DNA of 64,000 nt from a virus. Within the stretch, counting starts at the first letter, position 1. The number at the start of each line of letters is the position of its first letter. Made by a program: the position numbers and the translations under genes. The DNA is taken from IMG/VR virus record IMGVR_UViG_3300007512_002775, positions 10,948-74,947 of that record; one strand, given 5' to 3'. The notes below the pieces were generated by a model that saw nothing but the letters and a program-made list of their open reading frames with translations, was not told the DNA's origin and did no database searches. Shown here piece by piece: positions 45,128-54,721 of the stretch.

Positions 45128-46045
45128 TTAGTCCCTCACCTCCCCCCATGCTCTATAGCTATCGATTGCACCTTCGCTGTAATCGAACTCTGGCGTCGGA
45201 TCTAATTCGCCAGCAACGTTCCAAAACAAAGCTCCCGGACGGCCATGCTCCAACATGTACTTCCATCCCTTGCCGTCATAAGTAGACACCGTATCAAAAG
45301 GTGGCAAGTTTTGAGGTCGCTCTTTAGCCGTGAACGGTCGTGGTTCAGACCAAATCTTCGTTCGGCCGAGCTCTCCAGCTTTCATGTTTCTCGCGACGCA
45401 CACGCCACGCATGTCAGCATTCGGAAAACCAACCTGTAGCCCGCGAGTCAAAACTCCGGTCGAGACCACGGTCCATACTTCCTTCGGCTCAGGAAAGCCA
45501 GATTCTAAGATGTTTTGACAGATTCGAGTAAACCCAGCGATGGTACCAGGGTGGTTTAGACCGAACGGCAGAAACGCTGCACTATTTTCTTTCGCCCATG
45601 CTGCTCCCATTCTATTGAGGTTGGGCATCGCAGCAATACGGCGCCACTTCACTTGCAGATCAACACCCAACTTCTCAGCCAACTCGATGGCAGCTGCTTG
45701 GTGATTTGTGATCCTTTTGCATGCTGGTGCAAACAAGACTACTTTCTTGTTATACAGATTCGCCAGAGAAACGATGGCGCACGGGGCATGTCCCACGCGT
45801 GGCATACTATATACCAATGTTTCTTCGGGCACTTGAGTTACCAACCACTCTCCAGCTCGAGCTTTCGTACCACCGTGACCAAGGAGATCCTCCCTCGCCA
45901 CTTGAAACCCATTCACCTCTTCAATTATTACCGGGGGCAGTTTTGATACAAACCCCTCTGTCATTTTCAGATAGGTCTCTCTATCAGGATACTCATTATT
46001 GATCTCCTTGTTGATGCCATCTATTACGTGATTGTTATGTGCCAT
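45128..46045 (-). CDS. PLP-dependent enzyme (fold-type II) of phage DNA-hypermodification type
   Basis: REDLL..GGTKAR (PLP Lys), LPFGL, STGVLxxGL, YDGKxW, LFWNVA. Confidence 0.75.
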   Translation of the reverse strand: MAHNNHVIDGINKEINNEYPDRETYLKMTEGFVSKLPPVIIEEVNGFQVAREDLLGHGGTKARAGEWLVTQVPEETLVYSMPRVGHAPCAIVSLANLYNKKVVLFAPACKRITNHQAAAIELAEKLGVDLQVKWRRIAAMPNLNRMGAAWAKENSAAFLPFGLNHPGTIAGFTRICQNILESGFPEPKEVWTVVSTGVLTRGLQVGFPNADMRGVCVARNMKAGELGRTKIWSEPRPFTAKERPQNLPPFDTVSTYDGKGWKYMLEHGRPGALFWNVAGELDPTPEFDYSEGAIDSYRAWGEVRD

Positions 46046-46136
46046 AATCAGTTCCTCCTTTTGTATGACATTGCATTATGCAACAATTATATTTTACCGA
46101 TGTAAAGAGGTTCGTGAAGCCCTTAAAGTGATTTTT

Positions 46137-47186
46137 TTACCAAACCCATTGAGGGGTGCCTAACATCCATTTCTGTCGCCCTTTAGGGTGATCAGTGATC
46201 AGTGATGCATTCCATATCTTGGTTCGATCTAGATGACCGTACGTCTTCTCACGATTGTCAGGAATGTAGTTCTCGACGTATCGGATGTAATCACACATGA
46301 CATCCTCCAGGTCCTTCGGGTGACCACCGGTGCGATGCTGGGCTTCTTCCATCACAAGATCATAGTAGTCTGCCTTAGAAACCCTCCCCACTTTCTCAGC
46401 AAAGAGATCCATGGCTTCCTGGGCATTCTTGCCATAGTACATGTGACTGCCTTCTTCTACGAGCTCGGGGTAGTAATCCGCGAGATCGGCCGCGATCGCC
46501 GTGTATTGAAAGTGGAACCTCTTCATGCCGTGCTCTCGGTTCCACTCGCACATGAAGTCTACGATCTCTCGAATCGTCGCCTTTCCCCTGCAGCTTGTGG
46601 CTCTAAAGATAAACTTCCATACGTCATCCACCAGATGATGAGCATGCTCCCCAAAATAGACTTTGCCTCCGGTCCGATAACCGTTTCTAGGCTTGGGAAA
46701 AGCAGGGATCTGATTGCCGATCGAAGTGTACATGACACCATCGTAACTGCGGATCCAATCCGTCATCTCCTCTACTGTCTTTAGCTTTGCGATCTCTGGA
46801 ATTATCGTGTTACGGTAACCGTGATCAGCCTCAAAGGATGCGCCAGAGCCGGTAATTCGATGCACGAGAAAAACGAACAGCCACTCTCGATGCGTCCAGG
46901 CCACGTGCAGCCCTTCATAAGTGTGGTTCCGTGCCCGATGATCAGCGTCCCACTTGTAGTACTTGGGAGCTCGACCAGCATACCACAGATCTTGCAGCAT
47001 GTTTTGGAAACCAGCGTGCTTCCTTTCTACTGTGTCGTAGATGGTGACGTTTTCCATCAGATCATCACCACACGAACCAATGTAAGACATGCCGCCTAGG
47101 TTGCACTCCTTCTGGACTAGCTTCGCTTTGGCAGTATATTGCAGGAAATCATCAAAGTATTTGTTAAATTTAATCCTGTCTGACAC
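46137..47186 (-). CDS. Amino acid:DNA transferase (aGPT-Pplase)-like protein
   Basis: YDxVxR, HRITGSG, DLADYYP, GKNA, C-terminal DLEDxxCDYxRY; cluster context. Confidence 0.6.
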   Translation of the reverse strand: MSDRIKFNKYFDDFLQYTAKAKLVQKECNLGGMSYIGSCGDDLMENVTIYDTVERKHAGFQNMLQDLWYAGRAPKYYKWDADHRARNHTYEGLHVAWTHREWLFVFLVHRITGSGASFEADHGYRNTIIPEIAKLKTVEEMTDWIRSYDGVMYTSIGNQIPAFPKPRNGYRTGGKVYFGEHAHHLVDDVWKFIFRATSCRGKATIREIVDFMCEWNREHGMKRFHFQYTAIAADLADYYPELVEEGSHMYYGKNAQEAMDLFAEKVGRVSKADYYDLVMEEAQHRTGGHPKDLEDVMCDYIRYVENYIPDNREKTYGHLDRTKIWNASLITDHPKGRQKWMLGTPQWVW

Positions 47187-48194
47187 TCAAATGCTCCATA
47201 GATAGTGTTCTGGGGAAATGTGCACGGAACGTGGTTTTTCCATGACACCAAAATCTAGTTCGCTAAATTCGTTGATGAAGTACCTCGGCCATTCGATCAC
47301 TTCAAACCCCAAAAAGGTGCATCGGTGTCGAAGTGCGTCGTTGAATGCCTTCTTGGCTTCGTTACGCTCTCTCCATGAACCCCAAAAAGGCTGGCCCTTA
47401 TAGTAACCCGTCTTCGGTAATCGACGACTCTCATTTTCAATCGGTAGCGCAGCAACGACCTCGACCGTTTCCAATTCATAAGCTTCTTTGCATCGAAGAA
47501 GCTCTGCTAGATATCGGTCAGCCAAATCCACCGCCATCTGCCTCTGTTCAGAAGCACTCTTTGCTAGGCGGCAGACGTGGTGCCTGATGTCGATGTTACC
47601 AAAGTAGGTTCGAATAGAGAGTAGCTCACTAGGGTTTGAGCCGTGGGTATATTCTTCTATCCAATCCGAAAAACCTAAGTTCAGTGCGCCGTTCAGGGTC
47701 TGGCCATCCAGTCTGGTCAAATAAGCATCGGGACGCCAAGCTGCTAGAGCATGAGAGTCTCCTAACACCAAGCTTTTCTGATCTTGATCATGCTGCCTAA
47801 CTGTCTTTGCGGAAGCACAAACCTTGGAAATCTTAGCAAAATCCAGCTGCCTGTAAGCAGGAGAAGAGTGCGGCCGCACACGGCAATGGAGTCGCTGGCC
47901 ATAATCAGGGCAATCAATATCTAAGGAGAAGAGTTGCCCAGAAAAGTTCTGGATCTGCTTTGCCTTAGCGGCTAAAGCGTCCCATGACTTATGGTCCTTA
48001 AGGAATACATTGACGCCCTTGGATTTCTCCTTAAACTCCATGCCATGTTCGAAGTAGACGATCTCTTCATTTGACCAGTCTCTTTTAAAAGCTAGTTCAG
48101 CTCCTAAGCATTTTCCCCACATGCGAGCCCAACCCGTACGATGACTCGTGGTACGATTTGCATGAGTGGTAATAGGGCTAACGATTACAGACAT
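47187..48194 (-). CDS. Hypothetical protein with SGNH/GDSL-like domain
   Basis: VLGDSH, FGNIDxRHH, C-terminal SVHISP. Confidence 0.6.
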   Translation of the reverse strand: MSVIVSPITTHANRTTSHRTGWARMWGKCLGAELAFKRDWSNEEIVYFEHGMEFKEKSKGVNVFLKDHKSWDALAAKAKQIQNFSGQLFSLDIDCPDYGQRLHCRVRPHSSPAYRQLDFAKISKVCASAKTVRQHDQDQKSLVLGDSHALAAWRPDAYLTRLDGQTLNGALNLGFSDWIEEYTHGSNPSELLSIRTYFGNIDIRHHVCRLAKSASEQRQMAVDLADRYLAELLRCKEAYELETVEVVAALPIENESRRLPKTGYYKGQPFWGSWRERNEAKKAFNDALRHRCTFLGFEVIEWPRYFINEFSELDFGVMEKPRSVHISPEHYLWSI

Positions 48195-48202
48195 CCTTAC
48201 TC

Positions 48203-48640
48203 CTAAAATAGACCAGTGGAACCAAAGCCGCCAGGACCACGGATGGTCGCCTGCTCGAAGAGTTCCGATTCCTCGACCACCTCTATTGTATCATATAACA
48301 CGGGAAGTAGCACCAATTGGACGAGTTTTTCTCCGGGCGAGATCATAGTCGTCTTGTCACCGACGTTGACGACGTGCAAATGGATCTCCCCTTGGTAATC
48401 CTCATCGACGACACACGCACCGACGAACAGTGACTTTTTGAGAGCAATGCCGCTCTTGTTAAAAGCGATCAATGCATACCCTTCTGGTACATTAGCTTTT
48501 ATACCACTCGGTATGAACACTTTTTCGCCGACACCGATGCAAGCACGATTAAAATCCTCAGGGACATAAAAGTCCAGCCCTGCTGATTGTGGTGTGCCCC
48601 TAGTCGGTGTCTTTACTTTCCGGACCTTCGTGATCCTCAT
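48203..48640 (-). CDS. dut: Trimeric dUTPase
   Basis: AGLDF, KSG, VVDEDYQGE, QL, RGPGGFGSTG. Confidence 0.92.
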   Translation of the reverse strand: MRITKVRKVKTPTRGTPQSAGLDFYVPEDFNRACIGVGEKVFIPSGIKANVPEGYALIAFNKSGIALKKSLFVGACVVDEDYQGEIHLHVVNVGDKTTMISPGEKLVQLVLLPVLYDTIEVVEESELFEQATIRGPGGFGSTGLF

Positions 48641-48905
48641 CGGCCTTCTCCTTGATGTAATTGTCCAATGCACCAATGTAAGCGCATGCATCCAGTAAAT
48701 TGTCTTCTCTATAAGAGTACGAATGTCTAGAAAGCTTGAGGGCGACCAATGCAGCGTACATGTCTGCAGCCGTAAAATCCTTACCAGTCATGCCACGAGC
48801 AATGCTTGCTGCCCTCTCCATGCCCTCCGAAAACGGGCCGTACTGCCTGGCTTTCTCTTCGGACCGCTTATTGACGATCTCGTTTGCTCTATCTAGTATG
48901 TTCAA
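48600..48905 (-). CDS. DUF6378-like (MazG-fold nucleotide pyrophosphatase-like) protein
   Basis: ILxxAxxIV..R...YG...KLSR...DNLLDxxxY; TTG start with AAGGAG. Confidence 0.7.
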   Translation of the reverse strand: MNILDRANEIVNKRSEEKARQYGPFSEGMERAASIARGMTGKDFTAADMYAALVALKLSRHSYSYREDNLLDACAYIGALDNYIKEKADEDHEGPESKDTD

Positions 48906-49731
48906 AGAACAGCTCCTTTTTTCTGCATGCAGCAAAGTTGTTTATGTCACTTTTTTCCATGTCTTCTTTCGGCAGAAACTTCCTTTCTTTTAGCAGCTTC
49001 TCCCAAGTCCAGCCAGCCTTTAATTCGAACCGGCGAGTGTTTGATGGGGGACTAACCGGTTCTTCAGTTAAAACCTTTGTCGCCATCTCAAAATGCCGTT
49101 CATACAGATGCAAGCTGCCAGCGTGGTGATGGTAGGAGCCTAGGCTGACGCCTGCCCCTCTCTCGTTCAATTCGTTGAGCATCAGTTGTTGGAAGAGCGC
49201 AAATGTGAAAACATCGTTACAAAAACCAAAGATGATGTCGTTGGATCGCATCGCAACACCTAGATGTAGGCTGTTATTACGAATGAAAAATTGCAGATAT
49301 TGGGTACACGGATAATCTAGCTTGTTCTTCCCTTTGTGGTGCGGCTGATTTATGACAATCGTCGCGCGACGTGTATCGTTGTCGCCCAACATCTCGTCGA
49401 TAGCCCATTCCCACTGAGCAGAAAGATATACGCCGTAATTGGACTCAACTTCTCCGTCTTCGTCTTGGATCTGCTCCCATATCTTGGCCAGTTTGCCGAT
49501 GTTATTGACAGCAGGATTTTTCGATAAATACCAGAGCCATTCTGCGATCGCATAAGTGGAAGAAAACTTCCTGGCCTTAGAGTGAATCATCAGCTCTGTG
49601 GGATCTGCGATCTCAAACTGCTGGAATAGAAGCTCTTTCTGCTTACTTCCTCGGCTGTTCACTTCTTCGCCAAAATAATTGACTTTGTGCAGCAGCGATT
49701 TAAAAGCCGAGTCTAGCGAATCAAACTTCAT
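48889..49731 (-). CDS. Thymidylate-synthase-fold enzyme, dCMP hydroxymethylase-like
   Basis: PCT catalytic Cys, MRSNDIIFGFCND (Asp at the base-specificity position as in T4 gp42), GSLHLY. Confidence 0.8.
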   Translation of the reverse strand: MKFDSLDSAFKSLLHKVNYFGEEVNSRGSKQKELLFQQFEIADPTELMIHSKARKFSSTYAIAEWLWYLSKNPAVNNIGKLAKIWEQIQDEDGEVESNYGVYLSAQWEWAIDEMLGDNDTRRATIVINQPHHKGKNKLDYPCTQYLQFFIRNNSLHLGVAMRSNDIIFGFCNDVFTFALFQQLMLNELNERGAGVSLGSYHHHAGSLHLYERHFEMATKVLTEEPVSPPSNTRRFELKAGWTWEKLLKERKFLPKEDMEKSDINNFAACRKKELFFEHTR

Positions 49732-49747
49732 ATCATTTATTTTATCA

Positions 49748-52700
49748 CTAGTTGTTGCCAAGTTCAAGTACCTTTCTCCAATTTGTGAAAAACCCAAAGT
49801 CTCCATTCTGCAACTGTATTGCCAGGACCGAGTAAGGGGAGAGCGTCGCATCTTTAGGGGTGTTCCAACAGAATACCCTGTGCTTCTTACCTGAGTTGCC
49901 CAAGACTTCTATGAGCAAATAAGGCTTGCCGTTTTTGGTCTTCTTCGAAATAGCCTTCAGGCAAAGCACCCAATAAATGTCTTCGCCTGAGAACTCGTCG
50001 ATCGACTTGACGCCCTTCTCTTGCAACTTCTCCAAAAATTCTGCCGGGAGAAGCATCTCAACGTTCACTGTGCCTAGCAGGTTCATGCTGTTACTTGCCA
50101 CTTCGGACATGGTCCACTCGCTGGTATCGCCACCTTCCAGTAGCAACTCCTTCATGAAATTCATGCCTCGAAAGGGATCCTTCTTGGTGCTCTTCTTGAG
50201 TTTATCCCAGTGATCGATGACCACATCGTGAAAATGCTTGTAAGAATCAAAGTGGGCTTTTAGATCCATGGAATCGAAAGCGCGTAGCTGGATAAGGACC
50301 GACATGGCGCGCTTATTGAGCTTCGAGTGCTTCCACTTACCATCCTCACTCCAAAGCAAATCTTCGACGTTCTTATACGGTCTGTTTTGCATGATCTCGT
50401 AGACTGCAGCATTTCCTATGCCTTTGCAAGAAGAAAAGGAAGGCACGAAAGCCTTGTCTTCCGTACACACCCACGTCGTGTCTGATTTATTAATGTCAAC
50501 ACGAGCTATTTTGTACCCTAACGCCTTAACTTCAGAGAGGGCCTTAGCCAACTTCTTTGGACTTCCTGACGCAGCCTCGAGGTAAGCAGTAAGCCATTCT
50601 TCTTCGTAATGAGTAAGCATCCAAGCACAGTAGTATGAGATAAAAGCATAAGACACTGCATGCGATGCATTGAATCCGTAGCCGGCAAAATAGAGGATCT
50701 TCTCATAGAGCTCTTGTGCAATGCCCTTGTTGATGCCATTTTCTATAGCTCCGCTAATGAACCTCTCCTGGAGCGCGCGGGCATTTACTACGTTTTCATC
50801 GCCGCCCGAGCTCGGCTTCATCATCTTGCGAATCTTGTTGAGTTCTATCTTTGGAATGCCGGCAACTACGTTGCATAAAGCCATCGCCTGCTCTTGGAAG
50901 ACGATGCAACCATAGCTCGGCTCCAGCACCTCTTTGATCAGTTCATGCCCGTATTCCACAGACTCTGGGTTCTGCTTAGCGTTGATGTAAGTTCTATCCA
51001 CCTTGGCACTCAAGGGGCCTGGACGATATATCGATGTCAACGTTGCAATATCGATGATGGATTCTGGCTTGGCTTTTTGGAAGAGCTTTTGCGCGCCTTT
51101 CTGTGTGCATTGGAAGACTCCGGCAAATCGGCCCTCGTGATACACGTTCCTATAGACTTCTGGATCTTTCAGATCCATCTTCTTCGGATCCATGTGCTCT
51201 TGGTACCATGCCTTGACGTCTTCGAAAGTAGGATTCTGATTGCCTTCCTTCTTGAGGATGCGCCCGATGGCGCCTTCGATGATGCGCAGTGTCTCCAATC
51301 CTAGCAGATCGAACTTGACCCACCCAAAGGTCTCTAAGTGCTTCGCCGTCATGCCTTCGATCCATGGCGTCTGCACTTCGCCCTTCGTGACGATGAGCGG
51401 CATCCGTTCAGCGATCCTCTCTGATACGATGACTCCACCAGCATGACGCCCCAAACTCTTGTTCTGCTTGAAGAGAACGTTGATCGGCTCGAGAATATCC
51501 GGGTACTTCTCTAGGAAGTCACGCGTGCGCTCAGAATACCGTAGCGCCTCCTCGAGAGTGATGTCAAAGCTGACGTCATCTTCAGGCATGGCTCGACGGC
51601 CTCGGGCGACGTCCTTCTCCAGAGTAGACAACGCAATGTTGACTTCCTTGAATTCCACCCCATAAAACCGAGAAACGTCTTTGATCAGCGACTTTAGCTT
51701 GAAGGTGTTGTAATTGGAAATGGGCACCACATTTTCAGTGCCGAACTCGTCTCGAAGTTGATCGATGAGCTTGTCTCTGTCAGAGACATCCGTATCAATG
51801 TCTGGGTATTCAGTTCGAAGCGGGTCCAAGAAGCGCTCAAAGAGCAGGCCGTACTCGAGCGGATCTATGTTAGTGATACCGAGCAAGTAATTGACGAGCG
51901 AGCCGGCTCCAGATCCACGCCCGGGCCCGACGATCTGCTTCTGCCATGCCACGTCGATGATCTTTTTCATCGTCAAAAAATACTCAGAGAACTTCTTTTC
52001 CTTGATGACCTTCAATTCAGAAACAGTACGTGCTACATATGCAGGCTCTGTGTGGAGGCCTCTTTCTACCAACGCAGATTTGGCCATCTCCATGAGTGCC
52101 TGATCTGCCGTCTTCTCTTTAGGGATGACGTAAGACGGCAACTTCATAGAACAATCAGGGTGAATTTCATCGATCTCATTGTGTGCAATGTCATGCGTTC
52201 TCTCAATCGCACTCCGCACGATGTCATCACAATAGAACTCCATGCCCTCAGTAGTGGTACGATACGACTCCCAGACTCCCTTTGCATTCTTAGGATAAAG
52301 TTCGCACTTGAGATCTTCTTCCGATTGAGGCAGCGCACTCGGATCGTAATCTTTATAGTTGAGCCAACCGAGCTTTTTGTACAGCTCCCTCTCTTTCCAA
52401 TGTTCAGGACGAGCGTAATGACTATCGCACGTAACGATCAATCGATCGTCTGTGTTAGTCCTTTGAGCGAACTCCATGAGAGCCCGATTTACTAGATGCT
52501 GGGCACTGAGCTTGTTGAATTGGAGCTCCAAGCAAACATTGTCCCGGCCGACGGCATCTGTGAGCTGATCGTATACGTTCCCGATGCCGAGCATGATCTT
52601 CTCCATCAGGCTTCCATCGTCCAACAGTTCTGGCTTCAATTCGTCAAATTCGACTTGCTGCAGATACCTGAAAACCTCATATGCCATCGGGCCGCCTAGA

Positions 52701-53359
52701 CATGCAGTCGTAATGAGAAGGTGGCCACCCTGGGCTGCCTCCTTGAGCATCTTGTAGTCGACACGAGGAAAACGGTAGAACCCCTCCAGGTATCCCTTTG
52801 ACACGAGCCCAAATAGTCTCTCGAGACCGACTGATGTCTTAGGCAGGACGACCATGTGATGACGCCTCTTGATGGGATCATAGAACTTTCCCGACTTCGT
52901 CTCTTCTTCGTTTTCTATTGTGAGGCTTGCATCTTCGATACCGACGTCCAAGATCTCATCGTTGGCATCGGTCACCGCTTCGACACACGTTGCCAGCTTC
53001 TCCCTCTCCTCAGACAACTTTTTGATCGCTGCAGCGTCCCCTCGCTTTTGGGCTCGTCGTAACTCGTAATCAGTCTCCCATAGGTTTAGATCCGGATGCA
53101 CATACATCTCGCTGCCTGGCAGGAACTTGAAATCGTGGCCTGCCTCTTTCATCTTTTTGGCATGCAAATAAGCGTATGCAAAACCGTTCATGTGGCCATG
53201 ATCGGTGAGCGCCCATGCATCTGTGCCGTTTTGAAGGCAAAAATCCATGTGATCGCTCGGATAGCCCAAACCATCGAACGTGCTAAACCCTGAGTGGGAA
53301 TGTAGTCCGGCGAAGCGATCGGGTAAAATCAGATCTTTCTTAGATGAATGTGACGACAC
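49748..53359 (-). CDS. dnaE: DNA polymerase III alpha subunit
   Basis: PHP motifs HSH, TDHG, DSH; GRGSGAGSL, LFERFL, PDIDTD, HAGG, KFDLLGL, YGFNxSH. Confidence 0.96.
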   Translation of the reverse strand: MSSHSSKKDLILPDRFAGLHSHSGFSTFDGLGYPSDHMDFCLQNGTDAWALTDHGHMNGFAYAYLHAKKMKEAGHDFKFLPGSEMYVHPDLNLWETDYELRRAQKRGDAAAIKKLSEEREKLATCVEAVTDANDEILDVGIEDASLTIENEEETKSGKFYDPIKRRHHMVVLPKTSVGLERLFGLVSKGYLEGFYRFPRVDYKMLKEAAQGGHLLITTACLGGPMAYEVFRYLQQVEFDELKPELLDDGSLMEKIMLGIGNVYDQLTDAVGRDNVCLELQFNKLSAQHLVNRALMEFAQRTNTDDRLIVTCDSHYARPEHWKERELYKKLGWLNYKDYDPSALPQSEEDLKCELYPKNAKGVWESYRTTTEGMEFYCDDIVRSAIERTHDIAHNEIDEIHPDCSMKLPSYVIPKEKTADQALMEMAKSALVERGLHTEPAYVARTVSELKVIKEKKFSEYFLTMKKIIDVAWQKQIVGPGRGSGAGSLVNYLLGITNIDPLEYGLLFERFLDPLRTEYPDIDTDVSDRDKLIDQLRDEFGTENVVPISNYNTFKLKSLIKDVSRFYGVEFKEVNIALSTLEKDVARGRRAMPEDDVSFDITLEEALRYSERTRDFLEKYPDILEPINVLFKQNKSLGRHAGGVIVSERIAERMPLIVTKGEVQTPWIEGMTAKHLETFGWVKFDLLGLETLRIIEGAIGRILKKEGNQNPTFEDVKAWYQEHMDPKKMDLKDPEVYRNVYHEGRFAGVFQCTQKGAQKLFQKAKPESIIDIATLTSIYRPGPLSAKVDRTYINAKQNPESVEYGHELIKEVLEPSYGCIVFQEQAMALCNVVAGIPKIELNKIRKMMKPSSGGDENVVNARALQERFISGAIENGINKGIAQELYEKILYFAGYGFNASHAVSYAFISYYCAWMLTHYEEEWLTAYLEAASGSPKKLAKALSEVKALGYKIARVDINKSDTTWVCTEDKAFVPSFSSCKGIGNAAVYEIMQNRPYKNVEDLLWSEDGKWKHSKLNKRAMSVLIQLRAFDSMDLKAHFDSYKHFHDVVIDHWDKLKKSTKKDPFRGMNFMKELLLEGGDTSEWTMSEVASNSMNLLGTVNVEMLLPAEFLEKLQEKGVKSIDEFSGEDIYWVLCLKAISKKTKNGKPYLLIEVLGNSGKKHRVFCWNTPKDATLSPYSVLAIQLQNGDFGFFTNWRKVLELGNN

Positions 53360-53394
53360 TTATATGCCCTTTAGAGACGTTAGGTTGCTTAAAC

Positions 53395-53422
53395 ATCATA
53401 CCTGGATCCAGGTATGATTACA
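53395..53422 (-). promoter_or_regulatory. Class A promoter variant (TGTAAT-N16-TATGAT) overlapped by a perfect 24-bp palindrome
   Basis: ATCATACCTGGATCCAGGTATGAT at 53395-53418. Confidence 0.6.
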
Positions 53423-53445
53423 GCTGTATCTTGCGCAAAACTTGT

Positions 53446-53688
53446 CTAAAAAGGGTTTTCTTCACAATACTGAATCAACTGCATCACCAACTCAAAGGCT
53501 TCGTCCGGCAGTTCTTTATAAGATATGCCGCCTGTAGAATCCTTGATCACTTTTGGAATGTGAGCATACGGATTTCTCCCTTGAGGGTGTTTGGGATGGT
53601 CCGGGAGCCTGCCCTCCAGAGTTTTAGCAGCCTCCAAAATCCTCTTGCGTATAGTTTGTTGATGCTCAGGAGACAACGCCTGAATCAA
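53446..53688 (-). CDS. Hypothetical protein
   Basis: LPDHPxHPxGRNPYAH motif; coupled. Confidence 0.65.
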   Translation of the reverse strand: MIQALSPEHQQTIRKRILEAAKTLEGRLPDHPKHPQGRNPYAHIPKVIKDSTGGISYKELPDEAFELVMQLIQYCEENPF

Positions 53689-53909
53689 TCAGAGCTTACG
53701 TCCGCAGAGTGATCAGCAACAGCCTGCATAGCTTGTATGTTTTGCTCAAAAACGTCCATGAACTCTGGGGACGGTATCACCCTTCCGTCTTTTACTACCA
53801 GTTCCAGAGTGCGGAGTTGATCCGAAATGTCTGTACCGGTCAAAATACCCAATTGGATCAATTTCACAATTTGAGCAATAGTAGTGTCATCAAGTTTTAC
53901 GGTTTTCAT
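53685..53909 (-). CDS. Hypothetical protein
   Basis: GGAGG RBS; coupled. Confidence 0.65.
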   Translation of the reverse strand: MKTVKLDDTTIAQIVKLIQLGILTGTDISDQLRTLELVVKDGRVIPSPEFMDVFEQNIQAMQAVADHSADVSSD

Positions 53910-54721
53910 TAGTGTCCTCCTTGGCGGATCGGGGCCCAATGGGTCGTGCGGCCATCAGGTGTTTTTATTCTTTCCACAGTATTTCCTTCTGCATCGGACT
54001 TTCTATTATAGCAAACGAACCTCTCACTGTATCCCACTCTATAACCAGAAAAATCCCTATGAGTCAAAAAAGTTGCTCCTCCGTGCTCAAAAGAAGACCT
54101 CATGACTTGTTCAATGCATTCTTTTAGGTTCAGCAATTCGAAATCCTCAAACTCTGAGACTGTGCGCCGGGGATCCATTTTAGCCATCCATAGCGCTTCT
54201 GCTTTAATGTAGTTGCCCACGCCTGCCAAGATCGATTGATTCATCACGGCTTTACAGATATTGTGGCCGTCCTTGCTTCTAACTCGATCTAAAAACTGCT
54301 TAGGATCAACATCATCACTTAGCAGATCTAGGCCTAAAGAACTGAGCTTGGACACGAGCGCCTTCCTTCCTTTTACTAATTTCAGCGTTCCAAAATTTCT
54401 TATGTCGTTAAAGAAGACTTCTGGGCCTTCTTCAAAGCTCATTTTAAAGCGGGCATGCTTGGTGGGGTTTTCTGACCATCGGCCGCTCATCCCAAATGTG
54501 CACCATAGATTATAGTCATTATTAAAAATAACGAACATAAACTTTCCATGGCACCCCACACCAATCGTTTTCGTAGGCAATTCCTTACGAAACGCCTCTA
54601 AACCAGGCAACTCATTTTTAGTATACCGGCCGGAGATCACGGAAGCTTCGATGATTTTCTTGCCAGAGATCGATCTAGCTAACGAGTTAGAATTCTTTTT
54701 TACCTCGGGCCCCTCAGGCAT
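53909..54721 (-). CDS. Fpg/Nei DNA glycosylase (zincless-finger type)
   Basis: N-terminal PEGPEV, GKF, GMSG, DxRNFG, GVGNY, GRTTHW without four Cys. Confidence 0.92.
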   Translation of the reverse strand: MPEGPEVKKNSNSLARSISGKKIIEASVISGRYTKNELPGLEAFRKELPTKTIGVGCHGKFMFVIFNNDYNLWCTFGMSGRWSENPTKHARFKMSFEEGPEVFFNDIRNFGTLKLVKGRKALVSKLSSLGLDLLSDDVDPKQFLDRVRSKDGHNICKAVMNQSILAGVGNYIKAEALWMAKMDPRRTVSEFEDFELLNLKECIEQVMRSSFEHGGATFLTHRDFSGYRVGYSERFVCYNRKSDAEGNTVERIKTPDGRTTHWAPIRQGGH

